64,000 bases of DNA from an uncultured Alphaproteobacteria bacterium (GCA_913048595.1 CAJWVJ010000001.1:9544-73543); one strand, 5' to 3'; shown: positions 1 to 11,669, counted from the stretch's first letter. Notes: generated from the sequence alone by a model not told the origin. Translations and numbers: made by a program.

Positions 1-1833
1 GGTGCTTGCCGCAACCAGCATCCGCTGACCTTCGGCCTTCATCAGCCTGACGATATCGACATCTGCCGGCAGGTCGACCATCAGGCTGACCGGCTCGCCA
101 AATCCGCGGCCGCGCGGCAGCTTGTCTCCGGCCAGCGTGTAGAAGCGGCCATTCTCGGCAAACAGCAGAATCTTGTCCGTGGTCTCGGCATGCAGAATGA
201 AGGCCGGCCCGTCGCCTTCCTTGAACTTGTATTCGGCCTCGGGATCGAGATGCCCCTTCATCGCCCTGATCCATCCCTTTTCGGAGCAGATGATGGTGAT
301 GGGCTCGCGCTCGACAAGGATTTCGGCGGCGTCTATATCAATATCCGGGGCCTCGGCACAATCGGTGCGGCGGCTGTCGGTCTTGGCGAACATCGCCTTC
401 ATGTCACGAATTTCACTGGTGATTCGCTGCCATTGCCGCGCCTCGTCGCCGACAAGGTCTGTCAGTTCCCGCTGTTCGGCAAGAAGCTGCTCGCGTTCGG
501 TCTTCAGCGCCATTTCTTCAAGCCGGCGCAGCGCGCGAAGCCGCATATCGAGGATGGCGTTGGCCTGTGTTTCCGTCAGTTCGAACCTCTCCATCAGGCG
601 GGCGCGCGGACTTTCGGCCTCGCGGATGATGGCAATCACTTCGTCGAGATTGAGATAGACGACGAGATAGCCTTCCAGAACCTCAAGCCGTGACGCGATC
701 TTGCCAAGCCGGAAGTTCGAACGCCTGACAAGCACCTCGCGGCGATGCGCCAGCCAGGCATTGAGCGCCTCGCGAAGGGACATCACGCCGGGCCGCCCCT
801 CGGCATCCAGCACATTCAGGTTCAAGGGCACGCGGGTTTCGAGATCGGTCAGCTTGAACAGGCTTTCCATGACCACTTCGGGTTCCAGCCTGCGGCTTTT
901 CGGCTCGAGGACGATCCGGAGGTCTTCGGCCGACTCATCACGAATATCCACAAGGAACGGCAGTTTCTTGGCCTGCAGCATGTCGGCCATGCGTTCAATC
1001 AGGCGGGATTTCTGCACCTGATAGGGAATTTCGGTGACGGCGATCTGCCAGGCCCCGCCCTTTTCCTTCTCCACCGCCCACCGCGCGCGCACCCGGAACC
1101 CGCCACGGCCGGTATCATAGGCCTCGCGGATGCTGTCGGCCGGTTCGACAAGGATACCGCCGGTCGGGAAATCGGGCCCGCGCACATAGCCAAGCAGGGT
1201 ATCGACCGAGGCGTTCGGATGCTTGATCAGATGCAGCGCGGCGTCAGCAAGCTCGGTGACGTTATGCGGCGGGATCGAGGTGGCCATGCCGACCGCGATT
1301 CCCTGCGCGCCATTGGCAAGAAGGTTCGGGATGCCGGCGGGAAGAAGGCACGGCTCTTCGGATTCCCCGTCATAGGTCGGACGGAAATCTACCGTTTCCT
1401 CGTCGATGCCGTCGAGAAGTAGCTGCGCCACCTCGGTCATGCGGGCCTCGGTATAGCGCATGGCAGCGGCGTTATCGCCGTCGATATTGCCGAAATTGCC
1501 CTGACCATCGACAAGCCGGTAACGCATGGCGAATTCCTGCGCCAGCCGGACCATCGCGTCATAGATGGCGGCGTCACCATGCGGGTGGAACTTACCCATG
1601 ACATCGCCGACAACACGAGCCGATTTTTTGAATCCCTGCCCGGGATCAAGGCGAAGCTGGCGCATGGCGAACAACAGGCGGCGATGGACAGGCTTCAGCC
1701 CGTCACGCACGTCGGGAAGCGAGCGCGAGGTGATCGTCGACAGCGCATAGGCGAGATAACGTTCGCTCAGCGCGGTCGAAAAGGCGGTATCGATAATCCG
1801 GTCATCCGTGCCGGCCATCACCTCATCACTCAT
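1..1833 (-). CDS. parC: DNA topoisomerase IV subunit A (3' end outside the window)
   Basis: Not in the ORF track because there is no stop in the window. Manual translation from ATG 1833 gives [52 protein letters not shown], with catalytic [11 protein letters not shown] near 1440-1470. YLAYALSTI is ParC-type. Confidence 0.95.
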   Translation of the reverse strand, partial: MSDEVMAGTDDRIIDTAFSTALSERYLAYALSTITSRSLPDVRDGLKPVHRRLLFAMRQLRLDPGQGFKKSARVVGDVMGKFHPHGDAAIYDAMVRLAQEFAMRYRLVDGQGNFGNIDGDNAAAMRYTEARMTEVAQLLLDGIDEETVDFRPTYDGESEEPCLLPAGIPNLLANGAQGIAVGMATSIPPHNVTELADAALHLIKHPNASVDTLLGYVRGPDFPTGGILVEPADSIREAYDTGRGGFRVRARWAVEKEKGGAWQIAVTEIPYQVQKSRLIERMADMLQAKKLPFLVDIRDESAEDLRIVLEPKSRRLEPEVVMESLFKLTDLETRVPLNLNVLDAEGRPGVMSLREALNAWLAHRREVLVRRSNFRLGKIASRLEVLEGYLVVYLNLDEVIAIIREAESPRARLMERFELTETQANAILDMRLRALRRLEEMALKTEREQLLAEQRELTDLVGDEARQWQRITSEIRDMKAMFAKTDSRRTDCAEAPDIDIDAAEILVEREPITIICSEKGWIRAMKGHLDPEAEYKFKEGDGPAFILHAETTDKILLFAENGRFYTLAGDKLPRGRGFGEPVSLMVDLPADVDIVRLMKAEGQRMLVAAST

Positions 1834-1940
1834 CGAAAGACACCTTTTTTCCTGTCAGACTGTGATGCGGTGGCGGGCCACCGGCATCGGAAATGAAACG
1901 ATCATGGCTGCCCGAAGGCACATGAAAGATGTTGAGGTCG

Positions 1941-2687
1941 TTATACCGCCAAACCGCCGTACAGACCAGCCACCATGTCGGACAGACGGCGTCTTTGCGG
2001 CGGCAAATCGACATGATGCGCGGCAAAGACACGGCGCTCGAGAAAATGCCCGGTCAGGGCCAGCCCAGCCTCGAAATCATGCCGGTTGCAGGCCACCCCG
2101 CCAAGGAAGCGCGGGAGCGCCAGCATCCGTGCCGAGAAGTCTCCGGCCGCGCCTTCGGCAACAGCGCGCCCCGATTTCGGACTGACATGCGCCAGCCGGT
2201 CCATCTCGCCCGTCACAGCACAGCTGTCAAGATCGAGCCGGAACCCTGCCGCTTGGAGAAGGCCGAGCTCCCACCGCACATAGCCTTCCAGCCAGCGGTG
2301 TTCCTCATCCTCGATGGCCATCATGTCGAACAGCGCCTGTGTCGCCGCATACAGGCCCGGCTGTGCCTCGCGTTCGGGAAGCGCGCCATCCAGAAGTGCG
2401 CAGGACGAGGCAAGCCCGGCAAGGCGAAGCCTGTCATCCAGAAACTGCGCCGGCACCGCCTGCGCCAGCTCCAGCGTCATCTGGCCAAGCTGTTCGGGAA
2501 GGCGCGCCCGCCAGGCGGCCTGCACCCGGTTGCCGGGCTGCAGGGTGCCGCGAAGGCGCGATGAATTGCCGCCGCGGACAAGCCCGGCATGGCGCCCCTG
2601 CCGGGGGGTCAGAAGAGTGACGACGGCGCTGGATTCCCCGTGCGGGCGGACCGACAGGATCAGCGCTTCCTCGTTCCACTCAGGCAT
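1941..2687 (-). CDS. recO: DNA repair protein RecO
   Basis: MPEWNEEALILSVRPHGESS, LDLDSCAVTG, VSPKSGRAV. Start overlaps the era stop (ATGCCTGA). Confidence 0.95.
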   Translation of the reverse strand: MPEWNEEALILSVRPHGESSAVVTLLTPRQGRHAGLVRGGNSSRLRGTLQPGNRVQAAWRARLPEQLGQMTLELAQAVPAQFLDDRLRLAGLASSCALLDGALPEREAQPGLYAATQALFDMMAIEDEEHRWLEGYVRWELGLLQAAGFRLDLDSCAVTGEMDRLAHVSPKSGRAVAEGAAGDFSARMLALPRFLGGVACNRHDFEAGLALTGHFLERRVFAAHHVDLPPQRRRLSDMVAGLYGGLAV

Positions 2688-3582
2688 CGTAATCGAGATC
2701 CCAGACGGAATAGCGCGATGCGTCATCCATCCAGTCCTTGCGGTATTTCACATGGCTCAACACATGGATTCGCCGGTCGAGCGCCTCTTCAAGCTCGATG
2801 CGGGCTGCCATGCCTATGCGCTTGATGGTCGATCCGCGCTTGCCGAGTATGATGCCGCGGTGCCCCTCGCGCGCGACATAGATCGACAGATGGACAGTGG
2901 CGCTCCCGTCATCCTGCTCTTCCCATTTCTCGGTCTCGACAGTGAGTTGGTAGGGCAGTTCCTGATGCAGATTGAGAAACAGCTTTTCCCGCATGATCTC
3001 TGCCGCGAGAAGGCGAAGCGGCATGTCGGACAGATCATCCGGATCGAACAGATAGGGACTTTGCGGCATCTTCCCGGCAAGCCAGCCTTTCAGGTCGTCG
3101 ACGCCGTTTCCGGTCTCGGCCGACACCATGAAGATACGCTCGAACTCCATCTGTTTCGACATTGCATCGGCGCGTTCGAGAAGCCGTTCCTGCGGGGCAA
3201 GATCGATCTTGTTCAGCACCAGCGAGGCGCGGCGGCCGGATTCGGCAAGCTGTTCGACGATGGCTGCTGTATCGGCATCGATCTCGCGGCGCGCGCAATC
3301 GTGAAGCAACAGCAGAACATCGCCATCCTCGGCCCCTTTCCAGGCGGCCTGCACCATGGCGCGGTCGAGCCGGCGCTTTGGCTGGAAGATGCCGGGGGTG
3401 TCGATGAAGATGATCTGCGACCCGCCCGCCATGGCGATGCCCCTGATCCGGCTTCGCGTTGTCTGCACCTTTGGCGTGACAATCGATACCTTGCTGCCGA
3501 CCATGGCATTCATCAATGTCGACTTGCCGGCATTCGGCGCGCCGATCAGGGCCGCAAAGCCAGCACGGGTCTGCTCAGCCAT
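2680..3582 (-). CDS. era: GTPase Era
   Basis: GAPNAGKST, DTPG, NKID and a C-terminal KH domain. Start trimmed to MAEQTRAG. Confidence 0.97.
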   Translation of the reverse strand: MAEQTRAGFAALIGAPNAGKSTLMNAMVGSKVSIVTPKVQTTRSRIRGIAMAGGSQIIFIDTPGIFQPKRRLDRAMVQAAWKGAEDGDVLLLLHDCARREIDADTAAIVEQLAESGRRASLVLNKIDLAPQERLLERADAMSKQMEFERIFMVSAETGNGVDDLKGWLAGKMPQSPYLFDPDDLSDMPLRLLAAEIMREKLFLNLHQELPYQLTVETEKWEEQDDGSATVHLSIYVAREGHRGIILGKRGSTIKRIGMAARIELEEALDRRIHVLSHVKYRKDWMDDASRYSVWDLDYDA

Positions 3583-4270
3583 CGGCACCTCCCTTGCCTT
3601 CGATCCGCGCCAGCAGGCGGGATGCAGCCAGTTGCTCGGCCTCTTTGCGCGCGCCGGCGGTGGCGGTTTCCCCGCCATGGCCTTCCAGCCTGACTTCATA
3701 GGTCATCATCGGTGCGTGGTCCGGCCCGTCGCGCGCCAACAGACTGTAGGCCGGCAGCGCCAACCCCTTGCCCATCGCATATTCCTGAAGCCGCGACTTG
3801 GCGTCCTTCTCGCCCTGCGCCGGCACTGCCGCATCAAGAGGCCATCTTGCCAGTACGAAATTCCGCGCCGGCTCCAGCCCGCCATCAAGATAGATCGCGG
3901 CAACAAGGCTTTCGACGACGTCAGACAGGACGGAGTCGTTGGCCGCGACATCCATCCCCGATTGCGCGGCGATGACGGAGGCGAGGTCAAGATCGCGCGC
4001 CACCGCCGCCAGCGTCGACTGGCGTGCCGCCGCGTGGAATCGCAAGGATAGCTGGCCCTCGTCATCTTGCGGGCAATGGGCGTGGAAGTAGGTCGCCAGC
4101 ACAAGACCGAGAACCCGGTCGCCAAGAAATTCGAGCCGTTCATAGCTTTGCAGCGGCCCACCGGCGCTGGAATGTGTCAGGGCCTCGGCGAGAAGTTCAC
4201 GGTCACTGAAGTGATGACCTGTCTTGTCCTCGAGACCGGCGAGACCATCATGCGGCCCGGTCCCGGTCAA
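3575..4270 (-). CDS. rnc: Ribonuclease III
   Basis: ALTHSS and ERLEFLGD signature, C-terminal dsRBD (KSRLQE). Probable TTG start overlapping the lepB stop. Confidence 0.95.
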   Translation of the reverse strand: MTGTGPHDGLAGLEDKTGHHFSDRELLAEALTHSSAGGPLQSYERLEFLGDRVLGLVLATYFHAHCPQDDEGQLSLRFHAAARQSTLAAVARDLDLASVIAAQSGMDVAANDSVLSDVVESLVAAIYLDGGLEPARNFVLARWPLDAAVPAQGEKDAKSRLQEYAMGKGLALPAYSLLARDGPDHAPMMTYEVRLEGHGGETATAGARKEAEQLAASRLLARIEGKGGADG

Positions 4271-5001
4271 GTAATGCCGCCCCCGATTCGCGAATAGCGG
4301 ATGGCGAACGGCCATTTCCAGATTTCCCACAGCCGCGCGGTGCCGTTATGGCTGAAGAACAGAAACTGCGCCTTGCCGATGAAATTCTCGAACGGGACAA
4401 GACCGACGGACGAGGTGCGGCTGTCATTCGAATTGTCACGGTTGTCGCCCATCATGAAGTAGTGCCCGTCAGGCACGGTGAAGGTACGGGTGTTGTCGAG
4501 AACGCCGCTGTCGGTCATCTCGCGGATGCGATGCGTCGATCCTTCCGGGAAGGTCTCGATGTAATCGTCGTATTTCATCACGCTGAACCCGTCGGTGGCG
4601 GTCCCGATATCGTCATGCTGGCGAATGACCGGCACATCGTTGATATGGAGGATTCCGCGCTTCACCGCGATTTCATCGCCCGGCAGGCCGACGATGCGCT
4701 TGATAAAGGCCACGGATTCATTCCGTGGCTGCTTGAACACTACGACATCGCCGCGTTCCGGATCGCTTGACAGGACGCGCCCGCTGATCGGGATGGCGGC
4801 GAACGGAAAGGAATAGCGCGAATACCCATAGGAGAATTTCGAGACGAACAGGTAGTCGCCGACCTTCAGGGTCGGAATCATCGAGCCAGAGGGGATGTTG
4901 AAGGGTTCGAACAGCAGGGACCGGAACATCAAAGCCAGCGCACCGGCGATGATAATGGTGCGGAATGGCTCGAAACTCTTCTGTTTACTCTTGCTGCTCA
5001 T
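4267..5001 (-). CDS. lepB: Signal peptidase I
   Basis: IPSGSMIPTL, FIKRIVGLPGD, GDNRDNSNDSR. Confidence 0.97.
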   Translation of the reverse strand: MSSKSKQKSFEPFRTIIIAGALALMFRSLLFEPFNIPSGSMIPTLKVGDYLFVSKFSYGYSRYSFPFAAIPISGRVLSSDPERGDVVVFKQPRNESVAFIKRIVGLPGDEIAVKRGILHINDVPVIRQHDDIGTATDGFSVMKYDDYIETFPEGSTHRIREMTDSGVLDNTRTFTVPDGHYFMMGDNRDNSNDSRTSSVGLVPFENFIGKAQFLFFSHNGTARLWEIWKWPFAIRYSRIGGGIT

Positions 5002-5431
5002 GCGCGCCGCCCACCTCTGTTACCTGGTGATTCTTACCGATGCGAACCGAGATCACCACATAGGCAAGCGCGTAGGGCGGTTCATCACTCAGCGAAATAT
5101 CAACAACGGCGTTATACCCATCAGGCGTCAGCCTCTCAAGCGCCGTTTTGCACTGGCCGCTCAGCCGCATGTGCGGCGCCCCTGATTTGTCGTTGACGAC
5201 TTCGGCCTCGCGCCATCCAAGACCGACGACGCCAGACCCGCTCAGCGCCTTGTAAACAGCCTCCTTGGCGGCAAATCTTTTGGCAAGATAAAGGGTGGAA
5301 GAGGCACGTGACGCCGCCTCGGCGCGTTCGGCATCGGTGAAAATCCGGTCGAGGAATCGGTCGCCAAACCGCTCGATCGAGCGCCGGATCCGCCGCTCAT
5401 CGACAATATCTGTACCGATACCGAGGATCAC
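4985..5431 (-). CDS. acpS: Holo-ACP synthase
   Basis: [23 protein letters not shown]. Confidence 0.95.
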   Translation of the reverse strand: MILGIGTDIVDERRIRRSIERFGDRFLDRIFTDAERAEAASRASSTLYLAKRFAAKEAVYKALSGSGVVGLGWREAEVVNDKSGAPHMRLSGQCKTALERLTPDGYNAVVDISLSDEPPYALAYVVISVRIGKNHQVTEVGGAHEQQE

Positions 5432-6162
5432 GAGGCACGTGCGGCCAGCATATGCCGGCGCATCTCGCCGATCGCAGGCTCTATCCCCCGGAACATCGCC
5501 TCGCCCATCAGGAAATGGCCGATATTCAACTCATGCATCTGCGGGATGGCGGCAATCGGGCCAACCGTATCGAAATCCAGCCCGTGGCCTGCGTGACATT
5601 CAAGGCCGAGCGAGTCAGCAAGTGCCGCCGCCTGCCGGATCCGCACCAACTCGTCGGCACGGCCTGCCGCATCATGGCAGTAGCGTCCGGTATGAAGCTC
5701 GACGATATCAGCGCCCATGGCCGCCGCCGCGCGGATTTCCACCTCGCTGGCCTCGATGAACAGCGACAGCCTGATGCCAGCGTCAAGGATGCGCGCAAAC
5801 AGAGGGGCAAGCTGGGCCTCGCGACCGGCAACGGCAAGCCCGCCTTCCGTGGTCACTTCTTCGCGGCGTTCTGGCACGATGCAGGCGGCGTTCGGCTTCA
5901 CGTCAAGCGCGATGTCGATCATCTCGCTTGTGGCCGCCATCTCGAAATTCAGCGGCAGGCTGATCGCCTGCTTTATGGCGAACATATCGGCGTCACGGAT
6001 ATGCCGGCGATCCTCGCGCAGATGGGCGGTGATGCCGTCTGCACCGGCCGCCTCAGCGGCCAGCGCGGCGCGCACAGGGTCGGGATGCGGCCCGCCGCGC
6101 GCGTTCCGGACCGTCGCCACATGATCGATATTGACGCCAAGCCGAAGCGGATTGTCGCTCAT
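5428..6162 (-). CDS. pdxJ: Pyridoxine 5'-phosphate synthase
   Basis: [36 protein letters not shown]. Confidence 0.97.
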   Translation of the reverse strand: MSDNPLRLGVNIDHVATVRNARGGPHPDPVRAALAAEAAGADGITAHLREDRRHIRDADMFAIKQAISLPLNFEMAATSEMIDIALDVKPNAACIVPERREEVTTEGGLAVAGREAQLAPLFARILDAGIRLSLFIEASEVEIRAAAAMGADIVELHTGRYCHDAAGRADELVRIRQAAALADSLGLECHAGHGLDFDTVGPIAAIPQMHELNIGHFLMGEAMFRGIEPAIGEMRRHMLAARAS

Positions 6163-6800
6163 AACCCTGCCTCCTTGTCGGCTGGTGACGGTGGGGTGCG
6201 CGGCAAATCGACCAGATTGTCGTTTTCTGGCCGCGACGCCGCGCGACGTGCGCGCGCCGCCTCAAGCCGCTTTGCCCGATGCACCCGCCAACCGGCCACG
6301 GCCCAGTAGGTGAACCCGAACCCGGCGAACCAGGCAATCGTTCCCATGATCAGCGCCCCGATGAGGATGGGAAGGAACAGCGCTCCGATCAGCAACGCCG
6401 GATCGGCAATGAACAGCGACATGAATTCCGTCATGGTGCCACCAAGCGATTTCACCTCGCCGCCGAATTCAAGGACGATAAAGGCGCCAAGCCGGTAATC
6501 CAGATAGAAAAACAGCGGGAACGTCCAGGGATTGCCGACAAAGGTGCCGAACAGGCAGGCCAGCAGATTGCCTCGGCACAGATAGGCCATGAACAACCCG
6601 ACAAGGAGATGAAGCCCGATAAACGGGGTGAAGGAGACGGCTATTCCCCAGGCGGCGCCGACCGCGATCGACAGGGTCGATCCCGGCATCCTCTTCACCC
6701 TCTGAATCAGATAGGAAATCAGCCGTCCGAAGCCACGCGCCGGCCAGACGATGCTGAGGACACGATCGACCATCGACAATTGTTTGCGGCGTTTGAACAT
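6159..6800 (-). CDS. DUF2062-family membrane protein
   Basis: MFKRRK N-terminus, [16 protein letters not shown]. Usual position between spoT and pdxJ. Confidence 0.8.
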   Translation of the reverse strand: MFKRRKQLSMVDRVLSIVWPARGFGRLISYLIQRVKRMPGSTLSIAVGAAWGIAVSFTPFIGLHLLVGLFMAYLCRGNLLACLFGTFVGNPWTFPLFFYLDYRLGAFIVLEFGGEVKSLGGTMTEFMSLFIADPALLIGALFLPILIGALIMGTIAWFAGFGFTYWAVAGWRVHRAKRLEAARARRAASRPENDNLVDLPRTPPSPADKEAGL

Positions 6801-6859
6801 ACTGGCTTTCCGGGCGCGGTTACGGGCTGACCATCAGGGGCGAATGCAGGACGGATGTG

Positions 6860-8989
6860 TTATTCCGCATCCCCGCGTTCGACGCTCTCTACATACTTAT
6901 TCGCCTGAAGAACCGCAATGATTGCACGCATATGTTCGACATCCTTAACTTCCAAATCCAACTCAAATCGGAAAAAATCAGGGGTGCGGTCAGTCAGATG
7001 GATGTTCGAGATGTTGCCGCCCTGCTGGCTGATCACCGTGGCGAGCGAGGCCAGCGACCCGGGCTCGTTCGACAGTACGGTATTCAGACGGCCATTCACC
7101 GTGCGAAGTGAATCCTGTTCCCAGGACACATCGAACCACAGTTCGGGCGCGTCGGAAAATTTGCTCAGCGTCGTGCAGCCGACCTTGTGCACGGTGATGC
7201 CCTTGCCGGTGGTGAAAATGCCAACAATCGCCTCGCCAGGCAGCGGATGACAGCAACGCGCTATGGTCACCGCCGTACCGGTATTGGTTCCCTTGATCTT
7301 CAGCTTGGACTGGCTGCTCTGTCCAAGGGTCCGGTTACGGGTGTCACGGTCGTCGATGACGATATCGGGATGCAGCTTTTCCAGAACACGAAGCGGTGAC
7401 AGCCGGTCCTCGCCAACAAGCGCGAACACCTCCTCGGCACGGGACACACCAAATGCCGATACCGACCTCTCAAGGGCCCGCGTGCGGAACGGACGGTCAT
7501 GCTCGCGAAAGGTCTTTTCGATCAGGGCCTTGCCGATTCGGCTGAACTCGGTGACCCGTTGCGCGCGGGTGAAACGGCGGATGGCCGACTTCGCGCGCCC
7601 GGTTTTGACAAAGCTCTCCCATTCGGCGCGTGGCTTGGCGTCCGCCTGCGTCAGAATTTCGATCTGGTCACCATTTTGCAACTCTGTCGCCAGTTGCCTT
7701 GTCTTGCCATTGATCCGAACACCAGTGCATGTTTCGCCGATCTGGGTGTGAACGGCATAGGCGAAATCGACCGCCGTCGCGCCGCGCGGCATCGCAATCA
7801 GGTCACCCCGCGGGGTAAAGCAGAACACCTGGTCGTGATACAGGTCCATCTTTGTGTGTTCGAAGAATTCCTCTGCACCGGCCTCCTCATCCAGAAGACC
7901 CACAAGCTCCTGAATCCACTTGTATTTCGGTGGGTTGTAATCGCTGTTCGCACGCTTGTAATGCCAATGGGCGGCGACGCCATGCTCGGCAACATGATGC
8001 ATTTCGGGTGTTCTGATCTGAACCTCGATCCGGTGGTTCTGTGGGCCCAGGATTCCGGTGTGAAGAGACTGGTATCCATTTCGCTTCGGCGTCGAGACAT
8101 AGTCCTTGAACCGTCCCATCACCGTTGGATATTGCTGATGAAGCTGGCCAAGCGCGCGATAGCAATCATCAAGCGTGGGCACCAGAATCCGGAAGGCGAC
8201 AATGTCTGCAAGCTGCTCCATCGTCACCGCCTTGGTCTGCATTTTGCGCCAGATCGAATAGGGCGATTTCATCCGCCCGGTGACGCTGCATTCAATGCCG
8301 ACACGCTCAATCGTCGATTGCAATTCGACGCTAATGGTCGGGATGGTGATCTTGGCTTCCGATGTCAGATATTCCAGACGCATGATAATGCTCTGACGCA
8401 TTTCGCCATTTAGGACTTCAAAGGCGCTTTCCTCAAGCTCGCCCTGAATTTGCGTCAGCCCGATGCGCTCGGCAAGGGGCGCATAGATATCCATGGTCTC
8501 GCGGGCGATCCGCATGCGCTTTTCCGGCTTCGGAATGAAGGACAGGGTGCGCATGTTGTGCGTGCGGTCGGCAAGTTTCACAAGAAGCACCCGCACATCC
8601 TCGCTCATCGCCATCAGAAGCTTGCGGAAATTTTCGGCCTGCGCACTGCTGGGAAGCGACTTGATGGCAAGCCGGCTGAGCTTGGTGACCCCGTCCACCA
8701 ACTGCGCGACATCCCCGCCAAATTCGGAATCAAGAGCTCCGAGGGTCACATCGCAATCCTCGACCGTGTCGTGGAGCAGCGCGGTGATAATGGTATCCTC
8801 GTCAAGGCGCATATCGGCAAGGATGTTGGCCACGGCGACCGGATGGGTAAAATAGGGCTCGCCGGAAGCGCGGCTCTGCCCGTGATGGGCGCGTTTGCCA
8901 AATTCAAAGGCGCGGGTCAGCCGCCGCGAGTCCACGGCGCTGTGATAGACGCGCATCTTTTCAATGATGGGATCAGCCGTTCCGATCAT
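6860..8989 (-). CDS. spoT: Bifunctional (p)ppGpp synthetase/hydrolase (RelA/SpoT homolog)
   Basis: HD hydrolase (LLHDTVED), synthetase (RFKDY, YQSLH, EVQIRT), TGS (DFAYAVHT), CCHP and ACT domains. Confidence 0.97.
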   Translation of the reverse strand: MIGTADPIIEKMRVYHSAVDSRRLTRAFEFGKRAHHGQSRASGEPYFTHPVAVANILADMRLDEDTIITALLHDTVEDCDVTLGALDSEFGGDVAQLVDGVTKLSRLAIKSLPSSAQAENFRKLLMAMSEDVRVLLVKLADRTHNMRTLSFIPKPEKRMRIARETMDIYAPLAERIGLTQIQGELEESAFEVLNGEMRQSIIMRLEYLTSEAKITIPTISVELQSTIERVGIECSVTGRMKSPYSIWRKMQTKAVTMEQLADIVAFRILVPTLDDCYRALGQLHQQYPTVMGRFKDYVSTPKRNGYQSLHTGILGPQNHRIEVQIRTPEMHHVAEHGVAAHWHYKRANSDYNPPKYKWIQELVGLLDEEAGAEEFFEHTKMDLYHDQVFCFTPRGDLIAMPRGATAVDFAYAVHTQIGETCTGVRINGKTRQLATELQNGDQIEILTQADAKPRAEWESFVKTGRAKSAIRRFTRAQRVTEFSRIGKALIEKTFREHDRPFRTRALERSVSAFGVSRAEEVFALVGEDRLSPLRVLEKLHPDIVIDDRDTRNRTLGQSSQSKLKIKGTNTGTAVTIARCCHPLPGEAIVGIFTTGKGITVHKVGCTTLSKFSDAPELWFDVSWEQDSLRTVNGRLNTVLSNEPGSLASLATVISQQGGNISNIHLTDRTPDFFRFELDLEVKDVEHMRAIIAVLQANKYVESVERGDAE

Positions 8990-9054
8990 GCCACTCTAGC
9001 CGACAGGGCGCCCGCAAGCCGCCCGAATCAACGGTGCAGAAGCGAGGTGTAGGC

Positions 9055-9468
9055 TTAATCTTCGCCGGTCATCTGCGACAGGTCAACATCCTCAAAGCCG
9101 GGCTCGGCCTCGGCCTCCGCAGCGCTGCTGATATGCATGCCGGCTCCCTCGCCCTCGGCCTCGCTGTAATCGCCGATCATCTCGGACAGATCCACGTCGA
9201 CCACCGACTGTTCTTCGGCCGGAAGCTCCTGCTCTTCCTGCGCGGTCAGGCGCTGCAGCTTCTTGACGATGGCGTCATCCAGATTTCCGATATCAACTGT
9301 CTCGGCGGCAATCTCGCGAAGGGCGATCACCGGGTTCTTGTCATTGTCGCGGTCCAGCGTCGGAAGGTCGCCCTTCATGATGCCGCGTGCGCGCTGCGAG
9401 GCTGTCAGTACAAGATCAAAACGGTTCGGGATTTTCTCGATGCAGTCTTCAACGGTTACACGTGCCAT
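9055..9468 (-). CDS. rpoZ: RNA polymerase omega subunit
   Basis: MARVTVEDC...NRFDLV...[12 protein letters not shown] with an acidic tail. Confidence 0.97.
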   Translation of the reverse strand: MARVTVEDCIEKIPNRFDLVLTASQRARGIMKGDLPTLDRDNDKNPVIALREIAAETVDIGNLDDAIVKKLQRLTAQEEQELPAEEQSVVDVDLSEMIGDYSEAEGEGAGMHISSAAEAEAEPGFEDVDLSQMTGED

Positions 9469-9629
9469 TTGTGGTCTCCAGACGACGCAGCTGCGGCATA
9501 GCGGGCGAGACGGGCCTTGCCGGCCGCATCGCCATGTCGCTTGTTTTCGAAAACTGACTGGGTTTTATCGCAATTCATCGCGCTTCGCAAGCCGAACCGG
9601 CACCCGGCACCACCTGCCGGCACAGGCCC

Positions 9630-10133
9630 CTACCCGGCGCGCCTGATCTGCTGCCCGGCGGGCAGCGCGGCAATAAGATCATCAATCGCCGCCCCTGTCG
9701 CCGGATGCCGGTAATCCGGCGCCACATCACGCAGCGGCAACAGAACAAAGGCACGTTCATGAAGCCGTGGATGCGGGATGGTCATCCCGTCTTCCTCGAT
9801 CAGCAGCGCGCCATAATCCAGAAGATCGAGATCAAGAACCCGCGCCGCATTGCGAACCGTCCGCACCCGGCCGAACCCGGCTTCAACCCGATGCAGGGCG
9901 GCCAGTGCATCACTTGCCGCAAGCACCGTCCGCGCCCGTATGACGGCATTGTTGAACCAGGGCTGATCGGAAACAGGCACCGGCGCAGTCTCATACCATG
10001 GCGAGACCGCGGCCACATCGATGCCATGCGCGGCCAGCCTGGCAATCGCCGCCTCGCATCCCGCACGCGGTGTGTCAAAACCATCCGGCGCCAGATTTGC
10101 CCCGATACCGATCAATAAGGTCTGCCCGTTCAT
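9630..10133 (-). CDS. folK: 2-amino-4-hydroxy-6-hydroxymethyldihydropteridine diphosphokinase
   Basis: IGIGANL, RVLDLDLL, IPHPRLHERAFVLLPL. Confidence 0.93.
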   Translation of the reverse strand: MNGQTLLIGIGANLAPDGFDTPRAGCEAAIARLAAHGIDVAAVSPWYETAPVPVSDQPWFNNAVIRARTVLAASDALAALHRVEAGFGRVRTVRNAARVLDLDLLDYGALLIEEDGMTIPHPRLHERAFVLLPLRDVAPDYRHPATGAAIDDLIAALPAGQQIRRAG

Positions 10134-10448
10134 GCTCCGTCTCTTTCCAACCTGCGGGCAGATGCCAGCCTTTGCTCCAGTTTCCAATGCGGTTTGCAAT
10201 ATGCGGAATCAGGCTTACAAATTTATCATGAATTAGGTGTCAGTTTACAAAACGTAAAATTCAGTCTACACCGTAAGCGAGGGCGTGCATTCAACGATGT
10301 TGTACCTAAAACCATCTAGACAGGTTGTTTGACCGTTTTGGCGCTCTGTAGTGGTGGCAGCTGACCGCCCTGTTTGGTTTAAGATATTTTAAGATGCGCC
10401 ATCAGCGCGTCCTTCAACCCTATTTCAAAGTATTAGGATACATATAAC

Positions 10449-11021
10449 ATGACTGATTCTTCCCGCGCCGAAAAAACGGTGCTTTTCATTGATGGATCCA
10501 ATTTTTACGCCGCCGCGCGCTCGCTTGGCATGGATATCGACTATGCGCGCATGCGTGCCTATTTCGCCAGGGATGCGCATCTGATTCGCGCCTACTACTA
10601 TACCGCCCTTCCGGAAGATCAGGAATATTCACCGCTTCGTCCCCTGATCGACTGGCTGGACTATAACGGCTATGCCGTGGTCAGCAAGCTGACCCGCGAA
10701 TTCACCGACCCCGACACCGGCAAACGCAGGATCAAGGGCAATATGGATATGGAAATCGCGCTGGACATGCTGAAGCTGGCACCGCAGATCGAACATGCGA
10801 TCCTGTTCTCCGGTGACGGCGATTTCTGCCGGCTGCTGGAAGATGTGCAAGGCATGGGCGTGCGGGTGACGGTGGTTTCGACGACAAAGACGTCACCGCC
10901 AATGGTCGCCGACGCGTTGCGCCGCATGGCGGATGAATTCGTGGAAATGGAAACCATCCGCGAGATGATCACCCGCCCGCCGCGTGCCAATGTCGAGGAT
11001 ATGCCGGCCGCAAACGGGTAG
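10449..11021 (+). CDS. NYN-domain (LabA/DUF88) protein
   Basis: FIDGSN, KGNMD, LFSGDGDF, LRRMADEF. Conserved position divergent from folK/rpoZ. Confidence 0.9.
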   Translation: MTDSSRAEKTVLFIDGSNFYAAARSLGMDIDYARMRAYFARDAHLIRAYYYTALPEDQEYSPLRPLIDWLDYNGYAVVSKLTREFTDPDTGKRRIKGNMDMEIALDMLKLAPQIEHAILFSGDGDFCRLLEDVQGMGVRVTVVSTTKTSPPMVADALRRMADEFVEMETIREMITRPPRANVEDMPAANG

Positions 11022-11027
11022 TCGGCC

Positions 11028-11669
11028 TTGCCACCGCTTCGACAGCCGTCCCGAGACTGCAGGCGGTGCCCGCGCCTCGTCGCGCTTCGCAGATCATGCC
11101 GGATCGCCGAACCGGACTGGCACAACGCCCCCGTTCCGGGATTTGGTCCTCTTGACGCCTCGCTTCTGATCATGGGGCTTGCCCCCGGACGGTGCGGTGC
11201 CAACAGGACCGGACGGCCCTTCACCGGCGATGCCGCGGGCGGATATCTGTTCCGGATGCTTGTCCGTTTCGATCTCGCGAGCGGCACCTACCGCGACGAC
11301 GGTCTCGACGACATCCGCCTCCATGACACGCGGATCAGCAATGTGGTGCGGTGCCTGCCACCTGACAACAAGCCTGTGGCGGCGGAGATCAACGCCTGTC
11401 GTCCTTTCCTGGCGGCCGAGATCGAGGCCATGCCGGCGCTTGGCACGATCCTGACACTTGGCCGGGTGGCGCATGATTCGACCTGCCGCGCCCTTGGTCT
11501 TCCTCCGGCGGACCTGCCATTCGGACATGGGGCCTGCTGGCAGGCAGATGTCGGCGGACGGCCCTTGCGCCTCGTCAGCTCCTATCATTGCTCGCGCTAC
11601 AACACCCAGACCGGCCGCCTGACCGATGCGATGTTTGCCGATATTTTCCGGATCATAGCGGACGGCTGA
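11028..11669 (+). CDS. Uracil-DNA glycosylase, family 5 (UdgB-like)
   Basis: CRRCPRL Fe-S cysteines, GLAPG..GANRTGRPFTGD, YHCSRYNTQTG. Confidence 0.9.
   Translation: MPPLRQPSRDCRRCPRLVALRRSCRIAEPDWHNAPVPGFGPLDASLLIMGLAPGRCGANRTGRPFTGDAAGGYLFRMLVRFDLASGTYRDDGLDDIRLHDTRISNVVRCLPPDNKPVAAEINACRPFLAAEIEAMPALGTILTLGRVAHDSTCRALGLPPADLPFGHGACWQADVGGRPLRLVSSYHCSRYNTQTGRLTDAMFADIFRIIADG

Noticed and set aside
10379-10392. CtrA box (also 48094-48107 and 50616-50631)
   Set aside because: Spacers are 6, 6 and 8 nt rather than the canonical TTAA-N7-TTAA.
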